A DNA stretch of 63,993 bases, the filler included, from Jimgerdemannia flammicorona (Eukaryota): NCBI GenBank assembly GCA_003990765.1. It is 2 parts of 2 records of this genome, joined end to end, with 100 filler letters (N's around TTAATTAATTAA, not from the genome) between each part and the next. Parts side by side here need not be neighbours in the genome. Positions count along the whole stretch, not along the records: positions 1 to 31,987 come from RBNJ01000368.1; 1 more part is not named here. One strand, 5' to 3'. Shown in pieces: positions 12,381 through 24,930 of the stretch. Both the position numbers and the translations under genes were made by a program. The notes under the pieces are model-generated. The model was not told the origin of the DNA. It saw only the letters and a list, made by a program, of their open reading frames with translations, and ran no database searches. The stretch's first letter is position 1. Every line of letters starts with the position of its first letter.

Positions 12381-14259
12381 ACATATATTATAACGAAAAG
12401 TGCTGCGCGCAGTCCCGCGATATAAAAATATTATTACAACGGGTAGTGCGTTCTTCGTGGGGTGGGGAAATATCTTGCGACCTATTGTTAATCACAAATT
12501 GGTAAGCAAGTCACGTGACTTTCACATGCTAGTGGCTGGGGAATTTTTTTTTTTTTTTTCACAAGCAGGATTGTCGCAGAATTGATAGATGCGTGGGGTT
12601 AAAGTTCGCGGAGATGATGTAGTGACACTCGAACCCGCGGAGTCAGCAAGAAGGGGGACCAGTAATCCCTTGTTGGACTTGTACAGATCTTTCGAGGGCC
12701 GGAAGGAGAAATTGGCAAAGCGCAAACTGCCCCAGTGTGGTGCTGTTCCATTTAAACTCTATGCATTTGTGAAGCTTTTTTATTCTATCAACTGCTTTTC
12801 CACCATAGTTGAAGGCACATCTTTAATATTTGCTTGATAGTTTATATGAAATAGATTGAAAATAAATGTGGGTTGACCACCGGATAGACTACCAGACATC
12901 TTAGTGATGACGGCAGGCATTCGATTAAACGTCAGAGTCGGTCATATGGCGCCGTTTATTTTAAACTCCGAGCTTGGGTACATTTGACAGATGCTTTTGA
13001 AGATCCTGAGGACGTCTCCCGTGACGCCACCACCACGTGTTGTGCAGAGTTCCAGTTTTATTTGGATATCGATCCATATGAACATTATGGTTTTTAATAC
13101 GGCATCAAACCCCTCTGACATAAATATGACAAGTGCGTGATTGGGAAATATCGCAACAAGTCCGAATATCGATGACGCGTGGCGAGTGAGGGAACACGAT
13201 AGGAGGACACGTAATTATATGGGGAGATGCGAAACGAGATGAAATAATCGATCTGGCTGGGCACAAAAAAATACTACCGAGTGCAATATAATTACGTAAA
13301 GAATCTAATGTAACACCAGAGCTGTCAAATTATGTTTATTGCAATTGTGGCTAATATTAAACTATAGAATACTCTTTTATTTCGACATAGCTCGACGGAA
13401 CAAAGCCTACAAAAATTTTGATATGAACAAAGAACACTTTACGGCAAAGAGAACGGTTGATTCGATCGTATACTGTCAATTTGATAGATTGTCAGACCGA
13501 TGCCGGGTTCTTGCTTGCGGGGGTAAAGTCGGGTAGTACACTTTTTGTTTCGCGGGGTAATCGTCTCAACATAGACCATCACGAGTGGTTATTGCCATTA
13601 TTTTGTAAACGTGCGGATCGCTGTGCCAAAGTAATGTTTCGGCTAGAGTCGAGAACTGTAGGGTAGCATTCGGGTATCACTAGTGCGCTGTTTGGAGTTA
13701 GGAACTACACAATCGGATCTATAATCTGAAATGAAGTCAGCTGGGAACACCTCGCTAATGTCGAATGTCATCTCTCAGGCGAAACAGTCAGCCGATGTCC
13801 GCTCTCGAGGTTCGATATGATTACGGCGATTACGGGCAGCCTTAATATTATTATTATTATTATTATTATCGTTTTTATCTATTATAACGAAATGGGGCGC
13901 TTTCTTTTAAATATAAGGGGTAGGCACGGACTGGAGCGAGGTTCGGTCCCATGGGGGTAACCCAAATCCCGAGGAGAAAGTTTGAGAGGTGGCTCGGGTT
14001 AATCTGATCGCGTCCCATGTGACACTGGCATGTGGCCCATTTGGACCATGCTTATACTTTTGTTGTGGGACCCCAAACTTTCGCATGCAGCGACGAAGCC
14101 ACATGTTTCCAATCTGAAATTCCGAAATCATGAACCGATTATCTCAGATTAGGTATTGGAACTTCCGGATTCAATCCCCTAGGTGCCAAAACCGAATTGG
14201 TACACCCTACGCTGTATATAAATCCCTCTCAGTCAGATCTAAATTCCATTCATTTCAAA

Positions 14260-14847
14260 CGCCCGCCCACTATCTGAAGACAAGGTATCCCGCCTTAGTC
14301 CCATGATGGATTTGTACAGTGTGTTTATTGCGCTTCATCGGCGTAGTGAAGGACCTAAAAATGCTAGGAAACTTCGTTGTGTTTGAAATACGGTCCCCGA
14401 ACTCAGAGCCGGAGAAGCTGGCGGCGGCCACGGCAAATGGCAAGGAGATATTGTAAAATATCACATCCGTGGAGCGCAGCGCCTGCGATCACCGGGACTG
14501 GGACATCTTCTGGGACTTCGTCGAGGAGCGCTTTGACCAAGTGGAAGTGGAGTTCAGCGCTTTGACCAAGTGGAAGTGGAGTTCAGCGCTTTGACCAAGT
14601 GGAAGTGGAGTTCAGCGCTTTGACCAAGTGGAAGTGGAGTTCAGCGCTTTGACCAAGTGGAAGTGGAGTTCAACGCTTTGACCAAGTGGAAGTGGAGTTC
14701 GAAAAATTCAAGTTGGAGCTTGTGACGAAGGTGAATAGGGGCCGGTTCAGTGTGGATCTCGTTAGCACCAAGGCGGATCCCTCAAGTTGCTGGCCTTCGA
14801 AGGATCGCTTACTTCGCTTTCAACTCCGGTTTCACGAGTTCGCATAG
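14260..14847 (+). pseudogene. Orphan family paralog P3 (pseudogene)
   Basis: Recognisable family peptides (SRLSPMM, NSEPEKLAAATA, DWDIFWDFVEERF, RLLRFQLRFHEFA*). The MG N-terminus is deleted, there are internal deletions and a premature TAA at ~14454, and a 29-bp tandem expansion shifts the frame. Confidence 0.85.
14527..14700 (+). repeat. 29-bp tandem repeat x6 (agcgctttgaccaagtggaagtggagttc)
   Basis: Five identical units plus one with a single change (aacgc). No spacers. Confidence 0.97.
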
Positions 14848-15429
14848 ACGTTTAGTAGACTCTACTTGTGCTTATATCTGTACTGTTCAACTATATGTCT
14901 TATGATCAATCCGCTAAGCACCTCGATGTCTGTAGACCCAATTTCCTTAAGCCTATGCGGAGTTTTTTAAGATATGGAGTCGATTGACGTACGGAGTTTA
15001 TAAGTACAGAGTTTGTAAATGTTGGGTTATCAATGTAAACGTCATTATGTGGCTTGTGTACTACGTTATCAATCGCAACGCTACACTGCAATGCCGTTCT
15101 TTGTAAAGAACCATATTCACAACAGGTTATGAACCCCACCTACAACAGTAAATGTACTCCTGATAGTGCAAGTCTCGTTGGTGTTCCTGATAAAATAGTG
15201 TTCCTGCCGATGTAATTTGATAAATATTTAAACAATGCAAATAGAACCTTGGTGAAGGTTAACGAAAAAGTAAAATAAAGAAAACGTAATCACCTGCAGT
15301 TACCGCGAGTCCCTTCATTCCTTCACTTTGTAAGAACGAAATACGACTCCTACTATGAGCGTTTGCTGACCTAAATAAGTAAAAAAAAAAACATAAAATA
15401 GTGTCTAGGTAAGGAAACACCAGAGAGCT

Positions 15430-15820
15430 TAAACAATTATGCAGCGCATATTCTTCAGTATGTCACCAAGATTACTGTGCCAGCTAAATACCCTTTAATA
15501 AAGATAACTTGGTTACATAAGTGGGTTGACGGTTTTTATTCTTCGGCGTTCGCTAGTAGATGTAAGTGAGACGAAAAATAAGGGTATGAAATATGGTGAA
15601 AAAAGCTATGTCGCAAACAGTAAATCAATTTTTGCTTGACGAAGCACTTACTCAAATGGCAATGGCGGCCAGTTTCTGCTATTGTCGTGCCCTTTACGAC
15701 CTTCAACTTGTCAAGGAGGAATATAGATTAAGCTCTCCTCAGTAGGAATGGCTGCTGTTGGAGGGTCTGCGGAAGACATGCTGTCGGCGTGTAGCTGTTT
15801 GGATTTGTTTAGTTTGATCA
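15430..15820 (-). pseudogene. Fragment of decayed spliced partner gene (5' part), divergent from P4
   Basis: 15645-15780 aligns with 24745-24895 and keeps a minus-strand GTAAGT donor. 15560-15590 aligns with 19620-19650. Confidence 0.5.
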
Positions 15821-16886
15821 GGCAACAACTGTCCATGTCGTTATGTCACGATTCACCTGTCTTTGGTAATTTGCGCCAGCCAGTTACTGGCTTTCGGAAT
15901 TTTCTAAAAAGAGAAAACCCAGCACCAATCCGACGGAGGATTTCCAGCGGATGACATTACACAAGGGCTTCATTTCCCAACGCATCGATCTCGCCGTAAT
16001 CCAATAAGGATCCTTTGCCAGTTGGCTCTTCCCCAGTGAAGAGGTTAGAAAGGGCAATTTCCATTTGCCCTGGAGTGAGCGATCACCATGTAGGGTATAT
16101 GGAACATTAAGACTATTAACGCTCAACACGAAAGAAGATACCGTGGAAATGTACCAATTCAAATAAAAGAATTTCCGAATCATTCCAATTCAAATAAAGA
16201 ATTTCCGAATCAAAATAAATAATATATTTGGGTGAAACACACGGTAGAAAACCCGGCCCGTTTGGATGTGCATGTGTAGGGAGGGAGGGTGGTAGATAAA
16301 ACGAGTGCGAGTGTACGAGAAGGTGCAAATGTGTATGGTAACAGTAAGTGAATGCCAGATTACCTAGAACGAGGAGCGCCAAAATAGGAAGTATACGCCC
16401 GCAATGCAATGCATTTCGATTTATCCCGCCCCCGCCCAAAACAGAGGCAAAAGGCGTTCGACGACTAACACATGGGCACCAAAGACGTTCCTGCATTCAT
16501 TGGCCTGTGGTCTCGATCATTAAACAGCGTGATTGCCATCCATCGACGATAAGATAAGATAATGGAGATTTAACAAATTTAGGCAAGCATGTTCTTTTCA
16601 GGCTTGCTAGGTTACCTTTCTATGCAAGCTACTCCTTACGCCACCGCCCCCCTTGCTTATTGAGTGACCGGAAATTAACGCCGTGCATTGCATAAATATA
16701 ATTGGTATATACATCATAAACCACGCCACATATGGCACAGGTAATAATAATTTTCCAAATTCGAGCTTTTTTTTTATGAATCGGTAATTGATCGGCTTTG
16801 GAATTGCGACCAACCAGTTTGGCATTAGTTGTAATTATAAATCCATTCTGAATTTCTTTCATTTTCAAGACTTCAGCCAGTCCAAC

Positions 16887-17417
16887 ATGGGTAACATAAT
16901 TTCGCGCCGAATTGCCTCGAAACATCGGTCCCGCGCACCTCCTGAAAATGAAGTACCCCCCTGTAGCCCTATTATGAAGGTGTATGGTGTGTTCATAGTG
17001 CGCTTCATCCAAATTTTCCACGACGACGTCCTAGCAAAGAACCGAAAACGCTGGGGAAGCTTCGTGGTGATTGACTTGCGATTCTCGAACTCGGAGCCTG
17101 CGATACTGGTGGCGGCCACGGCAAAAAACCCCGCGGACAGTAAGAGTCGCAAGGAGATGTTAAATAATCTCCAATCCGTGGAGCACAGCGCCTGCGACCG
17201 GCTGAACTGGGCAACCTTCTGGGACTTCGTCGAAGAGCGATTCAACCAGGTGGAGGAATTCGAAAGATTCAAGCTGGAGCTTGTGACAAAAGTGAGCAGG
17301 AGACAGCTCAGTGTGGATCATATTATTACAAAAGCAAATCCCTCTGTCTATTGGCCTTCGAAAGACCCCGAAATGCGATTGATTCGCTTTCAGCTCCAAT
17401 TTCACGACTTCCAATAG
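16887..17417 (+). CDS. Orphan family paralog P4, 176 aa, predicted N-myristoylated (MGNIISRR)
   Basis: ATG 16887 (aacATGG) with TATAAA at 16836. Closest to P1, sharing RLNWATFWDFVEERFNQVEEFERF. Confidence 0.85.
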   Translation: MGNIISRRIASKHRSRAPPENEVPPCSPIMKVYGVFIVRFIQIFHDDVLAKNRKRWGSFVVIDLRFSNSEPAILVAATAKNPADSKSRKEMLNNLQSVEHSACDRLNWATFWDFVEERFNQVEEFERFKLELVTKVSRRQLSVDHIITKANPSVYWPSKDPEMRLIRFQLQFHDFQ

Positions 17418-17654
17418 ACGTTTTGTAGATTCTACCTATATATATATATTAATACAGTTTTACCTCATACCTTATAGTTGTATTATAAACTTTATATTTT
17501 ATGTATTCATATACAGTTTTCTTAATTAAAAACAATTCAAGCAGATGCTGAGTTTGTCTACACCTTTTCATTCTGGCAATTTCTGACTAAGTCTTGTTCT
17601 GTCGCGAGACTGACATTATCAACGAGAATGTGATGTCATCGACAAGACTGGGTA

Positions 17655-17800
17655 CGTCATCATTTGGCGAATCGTTGCCCTTTAATCTGCAAATCGGTGC
17701 CTTTTTGGCGAATTGTCGCCCTTTGTAAAATCGGCAATTCGGCAATCGTCATCTTTTGTCATCCTTCGGCAGATCGGCGACCTTTTGGGGGAGTCGTTGT
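17655..17800. repeat. Degenerate short tandem units (ttggcgaatcgtcgccct-like)
   Basis: Several imperfect copies of a ~20-bp unit, resembling transposon subterminal arrays. Confidence 0.45.
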
Positions 17801-17939
17801 GTTTCACCCTGGACGAGACGACAATACGATCATACGAATGTGATGGCAGTTTCAACATAATCACTCCCTCCTTATGAAACATCGCCTTATTTCGGCATAC
17901 GCGATTCGACGATTATAACGACATACGGTAGTTACCGAC

Positions 17940-19855
17940 AAAGCTTTCTCGGAACCAAACTAATCCTTTATTAGACGCTATGCGGGGGGTATAATCATGT
18001 ACATATTGCTACGAGTCTTACATCCTTCCCCCTTGAATTGGCGAGCCAATTGCTACGGATTGTCGTGTTCGAGTAAAGTTCAGGAATGTTACACTGTCGC
18101 TTTCCAGACTCTTGTAGAAATCGATGGCGCGATTCTCTCTGCGATGTAATGAGAAAGGGGTCAGTTTCTACTTCTAATTATACAGAAAAAATAAAAAATA
18201 AAAAAACTTGACTCACTGATAATCAGATGGAATCAAGGCATATGGCGAAATGTAATGTCATTCGTCATCGATTCGATGAGTGGGCATATATTGATCATCT
18301 ATTGAATGTGATACGCGTCCGCCGTAGGTTCGAACGCACAATTCGCTTTGCTCTACGATCCAGCAAATGGCACTAATCACAATGGATCCGGTTTGTGTGA
18401 CACAGAAATTAACATTAAGCACATAGCGAAACGCAGAATATACACAATTACAAAATGTTCAAAAATATGGAAAGGAGGCCTACCCATGATTACAAAGCTG
18501 TTCCATAGGTCCAAAATTATTCAGTCCTTGAGCTAGGCTGTCGGTTTACCCTCTCACCTAACCGAGCAGACCTGCAGATGAGATAATAGTTGGGCCACTT
18601 GCCAGCAGTACGTAGGTGCTGGGAGGTACCTCAAAAGGGCGTGCCATTGTCTTCATGAACGAGTAGAAAGAGGCCTTCGTCTCATTGGTTTGCCGACAAT
18701 GAGGGTGTCTGTTTTCTTCTGTCACTAATCCGAAATACGATACCAATGACTTCTGGTGTATATTGGTGAATCGTCAGGGAGAAAGCTGGCGAGTTCGCCG
18801 ACGGACAGGAGTATCAGTTTAGTTCTCTTAGCAAAGGAATTGAGAACTTCCCCGCCGACATCCTGAACAAAAAGAAATGAGCTGATGTACCATAGGAAAA
18901 AGTCCCAGCCCTCATTCCACCGACAGCAGCCTTCTTGCTTCATGACTTCGTATATTCTGGAAAGGCCTGTAAAAGTTCAACAAGGGATAGAATTTTTGAG
19001 TTGCGGATCAGCAAAGGTGCCATTCTCTAACCATGGAGAATCCCCTTCTTCGCTGGATCCGTCTCGTATATGCACACACCGGCTCCCTCCAACACTATTC
19101 CCCGCGACCCTCACCTCGCAGCTATTAGCGCTACGACCATCCTTCTTGCGTACTTTTTAAACCGTGCAAACAAAACCTTACGGAGGATAAACAAAAAACG
19201 CTATTACCTTGCAATTGTCGCAAGTCCGTTTACTGCTTCTCGACTTTGCGAGTACGAAATATGACACCTTTTACTTCCCTAAATTAGTTAAAAACATAAA
19301 ATAAAGTTTGGGTTAACAGAATACAGAAACGCCACGATTTGTTAACTATGGCAACGGCTTAAAAAACTCGGGAGCATTCGGTTCATCACTTCCAACCCCG
19401 AGGCGAATATCCAGGCGTCCAAGACCTGCAATCGCCATTGACACGACCTCCGATACAACGTATATCCTTCTGTATGTCCGGATTCCCACCAAGGGTACTG
19501 TGCAACCTAAATACCTTAAGCTTGGCTTCCAGTGCTGAACGCGGTTGATAATAAAGGCTCGCTCCGGTCTTTGATGTGATTCCATCAATGGGTTGATTGA
19601 TTCCTCAGGTATGTGCTCTAAGTAGGTGAGACGAGAAAAAAGGGTATGATGGTATACAAAGTTACAGAGGGCTCCAGGCGCCTTTCTTATGATCAATGGT
19701 GTATAGAATTTTCTGCCAAAAGTAAATTTGGTCCATAGTGAGGCCTTGATAGTATTGGTAGATATGGTGGCTAATTTCATATTCATACTAGATCTCTAAG
19801 TAGCTAGTAGATTGATAGGCCTTCGTCGAAGGAGTAGTAGGAACAAACGAGGCAC
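17940..19855 (-). pseudogene. Decayed spliced partner gene, copy A, divergent from P5
   Basis: Colinear with ~23085-24930. Shared minus-strand peptides: LVELLQAFPEY, VQDVxGE, VGELAxFLPDD, KASFYSFM, STYVxLASG, RENRAI, YxSLESD. Intron-like gt...ag segments are present, with many stops and frameshifts. Confidence 0.6.
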
Positions 19856-20681
19856 AGGAGTGTGGTGGGGTGGGGGTGAACATGTTCCAGATTCACGTGA
19901 AAATCGGCTTGTCACATGATCGTGTAGGTAATCTGATCAGATCGATATGAATCATTTTCCATCCAAAAAACGAATCTTTCTATTTTTCCCAAGGAGTCTG
20001 CCTGTCGGGTCCCATTAGGAGTTTCCAATATCCTATTTTTCCTTCTTTCACCCTCTTTCGCTAGATCATCAGATACTGCCTTACCTCTTCTGTAGGGCAT
20101 GACGGTTTTCGATTTCCTTTTTTTCCTCTATAAACCCCTACCATAAGCCGCACAGAATCTCGCCAAAACCCGTTTTTTTAAGAGAAAGTGCCACACCTCA
20201 CCCAGTGCCACCGGTCGCAACGAGCACATTACGTTTCATTTCCTTTCCGAAAGCGGTAACCCCGTGAGCCAGGTTGTCTCAACAAAAACAAATGTGTCAT
20301 GCTAACAGAACGACATGAACCAGTAAGCACAACTTGTAGAAAGTGGCATATCCGTTCCCGTCCATTCTTTACAAATTATAAGCCCTGGGTCCCCGATTGT
20401 GTACAAACAGCGCCCCAAATGCTATCCAACAGTTCCCGACTTACGCCAAACCATTAAGTCGGCACAGCGATCGATCCGCACGGTTACAATTACAAAAAAG
20501 CGTACTTCCCGAAAACATGAAAACCTGTCTCCCCTATTTTGAAAGGGTCGCCATATCGCTTAAAAGAGGCTGAATTTATAGAACATCGTAGAATTCTCAA
20601 TCCATCACCTATATAAACGCTCGGCGTGTTCAGCAACTTGATTCCATATTTTATTTTAGCACAACGCCTCTCTGTCCAAAC

Positions 20682-21167
20682 ATGGGCAACATATCCTCTA
20701 GTCGTCGTCCCTCACAACGTCGCACATCTCCTGGAAATGAGATATCCCGCCCTAGTTCTATGATGCAGCTGTACGGTGTCTTCATAGCGCGCTTCATCCA
20801 GATCATCCACGACCACGTCCTAACGAGCAGCCAAAAACGCTGGAGCAGCTTCGTGTTGGAATTGCGATTCGCGAACTCGGAGCCAACGAAGCTAGTGGCG
20901 GCAACGGCGGAGGTCCCCGCCGATAGAAAGGATATGTTGAAAAGGCTCAAATCCCTGGAGCGCCGCGCCTGCGTCCGCCGGGATTGGGCAATTTTCTCTG
21001 ACTTTGTCGAGGAGCGCTTTTACCAGGTCAAAGAAGAGTATGAAAGTTTCAAGTCGGAGCTTGTGAAAAATGTGAATAGAGGCCGGCTCAGTGTGGACCA
21101 TATGATTGCACCGGCGGATCCCTCAGTGGACTGGCGTTTGCTTCGATTTCAGATTCAATTTCACTAA
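20682..21167 (+). CDS. Orphan family paralog P5, 161 aa, predicted N-myristoylated (MGNISSSRR)
   Basis: Intronless ORF with TATATAAA at 20610. It carries small in-frame deletions relative to the other copies. Confidence 0.82.
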   Translation: MGNISSSRRPSQRRTSPGNEISRPSSMMQLYGVFIARFIQIIHDHVLTSSQKRWSSFVLELRFANSEPTKLVAATAEVPADRKDMLKRLKSLERRACVRRDWAIFSDFVEERFYQVKEEYESFKSELVKNVNRGRLSVDHMIAPADPSVDWRLLRFQIQFH

Positions 21168-21314
21168 TTTCAATAGACACTGTGTGGAACATATCTGATC
21201 GTGTAAAACATTACGCAAAGAATTTCTATGTAACAACAAAGCTGTCAAACTATGTTAATATTAAATTATGGAATGCTCATTGTAAAAAACGGTAGCATTC
21301 GCTACTATTTTTGT

Positions 21315-21400
21315 ACCCCAGCCAGACTGATTACTTCATCGCATAAGCATCTCCCCTTGAACCCCAGCCAGACTGATTACTTCATCGCATTCTCTCCTTG
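21315..21400 (+). repeat. Direct repeat x2 (accccagccagactgattacttcatcgcat), period 46 bp
   Basis: Identical 30-bp cores start at 21315 and 21361. Confidence 0.85.
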
Positions 21401-22265
21401 TTCGCTCACGACGATGACAAATCGCCATGCGTCATCGATATTCCGACGCCAGTGAGGGGTTTGGCGCGTTGGAGACCGTGGGATTTTGTGAATTCAAATT
21501 AATTACCAAAAGGGGGGAGGGTTGCGCCTGCATAACACGTGCTGTGGCGTCACCGAAATATATGACGTGGTCCCCTGCGGGTACTGACGTATAGTTTATA
21601 AATATACAGAGTTATATTAAATAGAGTAGATAGTCAGATTCTGCAATCATCAAGGAATCTGCACTGCCTTTCTTGTCGCTTAATGGATTATTGCTGATCA
21701 TGCCATCACCGCTACGGGGTCTTATTCGACGGTGACGTCTTAGTCTGTCACTGTCTACATTGAATGGTTGAATTCTAAATAGAGTTGACGATTAGAAGCT
21801 CTAGAACCTCTTTCAGCTCCTCAGCATGTTATCTACAATATCCATTTTCATTTAAAGTATAAAGATCACTTTCTTTTTTTAAAAAAAAAATATGATCTAT
21901 CTTCCAGATAGTAGCACGTCGCGGATACAAGTTATATGCTGTCTGAGTTGTGTCTGCAAAACACATGGTGGTGGCACGGAAATATGTAGCAGAAGCACAT
22001 TGCTTTAAGATCTTCAAATTAGAGTGATCACGTGTTCGTGTCATCCCCATTACGATCACCCGTTCTTTGTAATTCGGATAACGTGGCAGTTTATAACTGA
22101 CATTCAAAATACAATGGAGATTTTCATGTCAGATTCTACAAGGTTATTGATCCTCGCCACAACCCGTACAATATGGACTGCCTTCCTCACGTGTTCACCT
22201 TCCTCCCCCTACATCATCATCAGCTTTTTCTGAGTAGGCTTCTTCACCTTCACTGCATGATATCA

Positions 22266-22419
22266 ACTGATGGTTCACTGAATTAGTTAAGCCCGTTAAT
22301 AATTGATGGCCCTGAATTAATCGCGTTAACGATTCGATTGATGACCGATCAATCAATAACGCTGCGTAATTCAGGGACATCAATCGCTAACAAGGCTTAA
22401 TCAATACAGATCCATCAGT
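22266..22419. repeat. ~155-bp imperfect palindrome (foldback)
   Basis: actgatgg..ttaagcc..attgatggccctgaatta is mirrored by taattcagggacatcaat..ggcttaa..ccatcagt. Confidence 0.75.
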
Positions 22420-23084
22420 GTTAACGTGGCTTAATCAATCCAGGCCCATAATTTGTTAACGCGGCCCAATTAATTCCCATCCATCGAATCAATTTGAATT
22501 AAGTAAAGAAGATAGAAAATAGAAATTGATGGATGGATGTCAATAACTTGGAACCAAGCTTGAAGAAATGAAATATTAATAACCAGCAAAGAATTTAAAG
22601 AAATATTGGGTCTTGCAAACACTTACAAGATACGCAGGGTCTTGGGGGTCTTATAATCTGGGGTTTTAGTCGACGTGACATCTCAGGCTTGTTGGCAGTG
22701 TCACTCGTGACCATACGCTGGCATCTTCTTTTCTGCTCGTCAGTGTGTTATTTACAATTGTTGGTCCCGTTTGAGGCACTAAAGATCAGAACCATCTTAA
22801 GGAATATAGGAGGACGAACTTCTAATTTGAATAATCAACACCACACTGGCGAATTTCCTTGGCTGGCCTGATGTTGACATCCGCCCCCTAAAAGTAAAAA
22901 CAAAATCCTCCGCTTCACCATGTCTCTTGACGACACCGCCGCCACAACATGGTCTCGCACCATGAGAATAATCGCCCTTTATGAAGCATCACCTTATTAC
23001 GGTATGCACGATTCGGACTTATCAGACGACTGGAATGACATACTGAGTAGAACGAGAGTGGCCACGATCGATAAAGCATTCTCA

Positions 23085-24930
23085 AAGCTATGGTGAGACC
23101 AAACGTATCTCTTATTAGATGCTATAGACGCGGGGGGGAATTGTGTACATATTACTAGGGTAGAGCAAGAGAAATCATTCCAAAGCACACGAAATGAGGA
23201 CTACGCCGGCACAGGTGTAAAAGGCGGTGCCCATTGTACGATAACCGATGTCGATTTTTGCATCCTTCCCATTTGAAATGGCTAGTCAATCGAATTGCGA
23301 GTATGAAGGGGTATCAGTTTTTGTCATTTTCGATGTAGTTTGGGAATGATACGCCGTCGCTTTCCAGACTCTCGTAGATATTTTTGATATTCATGCCATT
23401 CGCCTCGATGGCGCGATTCTCTCTGCGACGGAATGGGAAAGGGGTCAAATTCCACTTCTACTTACGCAATAAAAAATAAGAAATTTAAAAAAAAAAAGAA
23501 AATCCGCGACTCACTGATAATCGGAAGGAATCCTGGCATATGCGAAATTTAATTTCATTTGTCATCGATTCGACGAGTGAGTATATTGACCATCCATCAA
23601 ATGTGATAGATGCGGCCTCGCGTCCGCCGTAGGTTTCGAACGTACAATTCGCGTTGCTCTGCGATCCAGCAAATGTCAACTAATCACAATGGACCCAGTC
23701 AGAAATTAACATTGAGCACATAGCGAAACGCACCAAACACAATCATAAATTGTTCAAAAATATGGAAAGGAGGCCAACCTATGATTTATAGAGCTGTTCC
23801 ATAGGTCCAGATTATCTGTCCTTGAGCTAGGCTGTAAGGTTCCTAGGCCGCTTGCTAGCACCACATAGGTGCTGGAAGGTAGTTTAAAAGTGCGTGCCAT
23901 TATCTCCATGAACGAGTAAAAAGAGGCCTTGATCCCTTTGGTTTGCGCGGCGTGATGACCCCACCACGCCGACAATGAGGGTGTCGGTTTCTCCTGTCAC
24001 CAATCTGAAATATAATACCAATGTCTTATAGTGTATATTGGTGAAAAAGAATCGTCAGGGAGGAAGGTGGCGAGTTCGCCGACGTCTTTGCAAAGGTATT
24101 GATAATTTCACCGCTGACATCCTGAACAAAAGGAATGAGATGATGTACCATAGAAAATGTTCCGGTCCTCACTCCGCTGACAGTAGCCTTCTCTAAGTGA
24201 CGTTGTATATTCTGGAAAAGCCTGCAAAAGTTCAACAAGGGATAGAATGTTTGACTTCCGGGTCGGCAAGGTGCCATTCTCTAACCATGGAGCATCCCTT
24301 TGCTGGCTCCGCGCCTCCGTTCATGCACACCGGCTCTCTCTATTACTACTCCCCGCGACCCTCACCCCGCAGCCATCAGCGCTACGACCATCCTTGCTTT
24401 ACCATGGACCCACTTTCTAAACCGTGCAAACAAAACCTTGGGGAGGATAACCAAGAAAAAAATGATTTTACCTTGCGGTTGTTGCAAGTCAGTTAACTGC
24501 TTCTCCATTTTGTGAATACGAAATACGACACCTTCTATAGGCACTTGCTGCCCTAAACAAGTTACAAACATAAAATAGAGTTTGGGTTAACAGTGTACTG
24601 AAGGCTAGTTTTCCAAGATTGTCAATAACCATGGCAACGGCTTAGAACTCAGGAACCCTCTATGACTGTCAGTGGAACATTCTATCCTTCGCTCCCAACA
24701 CCAAGGGCCAATATCTGGGTATCCCCATTGAAAGTCGTCCATACTTACCAATTGACCATGGCAGCCAGTTTTCGCTATTGTCACGGAGCTTGCGCAAGTC
24801 CTTTACGAATTATACCCTATCAAAGGAGCAGGAACAGACTAGGTTCTCCTCGGTGGTAGGAATGGCGGCTGTTGGAAGTACTGCGGAAAGCGGTGTCCAG
24901 TGTAAGTGTTTGGGATCAATTTCGCTCCAT
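23085..24930 (-). pseudogene. Decayed spliced partner gene, copy B, divergent from P6
   Basis: Colinear with copy A. The 5' exon-like segment (PTAAIPTTEENLVCS..FVKDLRKLRDNSENWLPWSI) ends at a GTAAGT donor. Confidence 0.6.

Noticed and set aside
14527..14700. 29-bp repeats as a CRISPR array
   Set aside because: The units are contiguous with no spacers and derive from the P3 coding sequence. The context is eukaryotic with no cas genes.
16788..16886. N-terminal extensions of P4 (and of P2, 11812-11898) in the ORF track
   Set aside because: They overlap the TATA boxes and are not conserved. Homology starts at the MGN ATG.
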